Positions 63,965-64,000 of a stretch of DNA of 64,000 bases are shown here, in pieces. The notes below the pieces were generated by a model that saw only the letters and a program-made list of their open reading frames with translations, ran no database searches and was not told where the DNA came from. The translations under genes were made by a program, and so were the position numbers. The first letter of the stretch is position 1; each line of letters starts with the position of its first letter. Origin of the DNA: Octopus vulgaris (Eukaryota); the NCBI GenBank assembly GCA_951406725.2, contig OX597815.1, positions 32,736,001-32,800,000 of the forward strand. The letters are read 5' to 3'.

Positions 63965-64000
63965 ATAATAATAATAATAATATAGTTTTTATAATGCTTT

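Overview
AT-rich eukaryotic intronic/intergenic DNA. It is most likely an octopus-like cephalopod (inference from the SINE repertoire and the dense (TA)n, (CA)n, (TTA)n and (GAT)n microsatellites). I found no intact protein-coding gene; almost all listed ORFs are by-products of SINEs, microsatellites or decayed transposons. The window contains at least four tRNA-headed SINE families, RTE- and CR1-like LINE remnants, decayed Tc1/mariner elements (two rearranged into fold-backs), non-autonomous Helitrons, and Merlin-like and piggyBac-like MITEs. A CpG-rich promoter-like domain lies at about 10-16 kb. The most interesting signal is a set of short, mostly (TA)n-embedded, often fold-back elements carrying minimal type-I hammerhead ribozyme (HHR) motifs, alongside two Penelope-like (GIY-YIG) relics. 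One three-copy family has a swapped G3-C8 catalytic core (GUGAACA instead of CUGANGA). One locus contains all hammerhead strands in a non-canonical, pseudoknotted order. All structure calls were made by eye and none has been tested.
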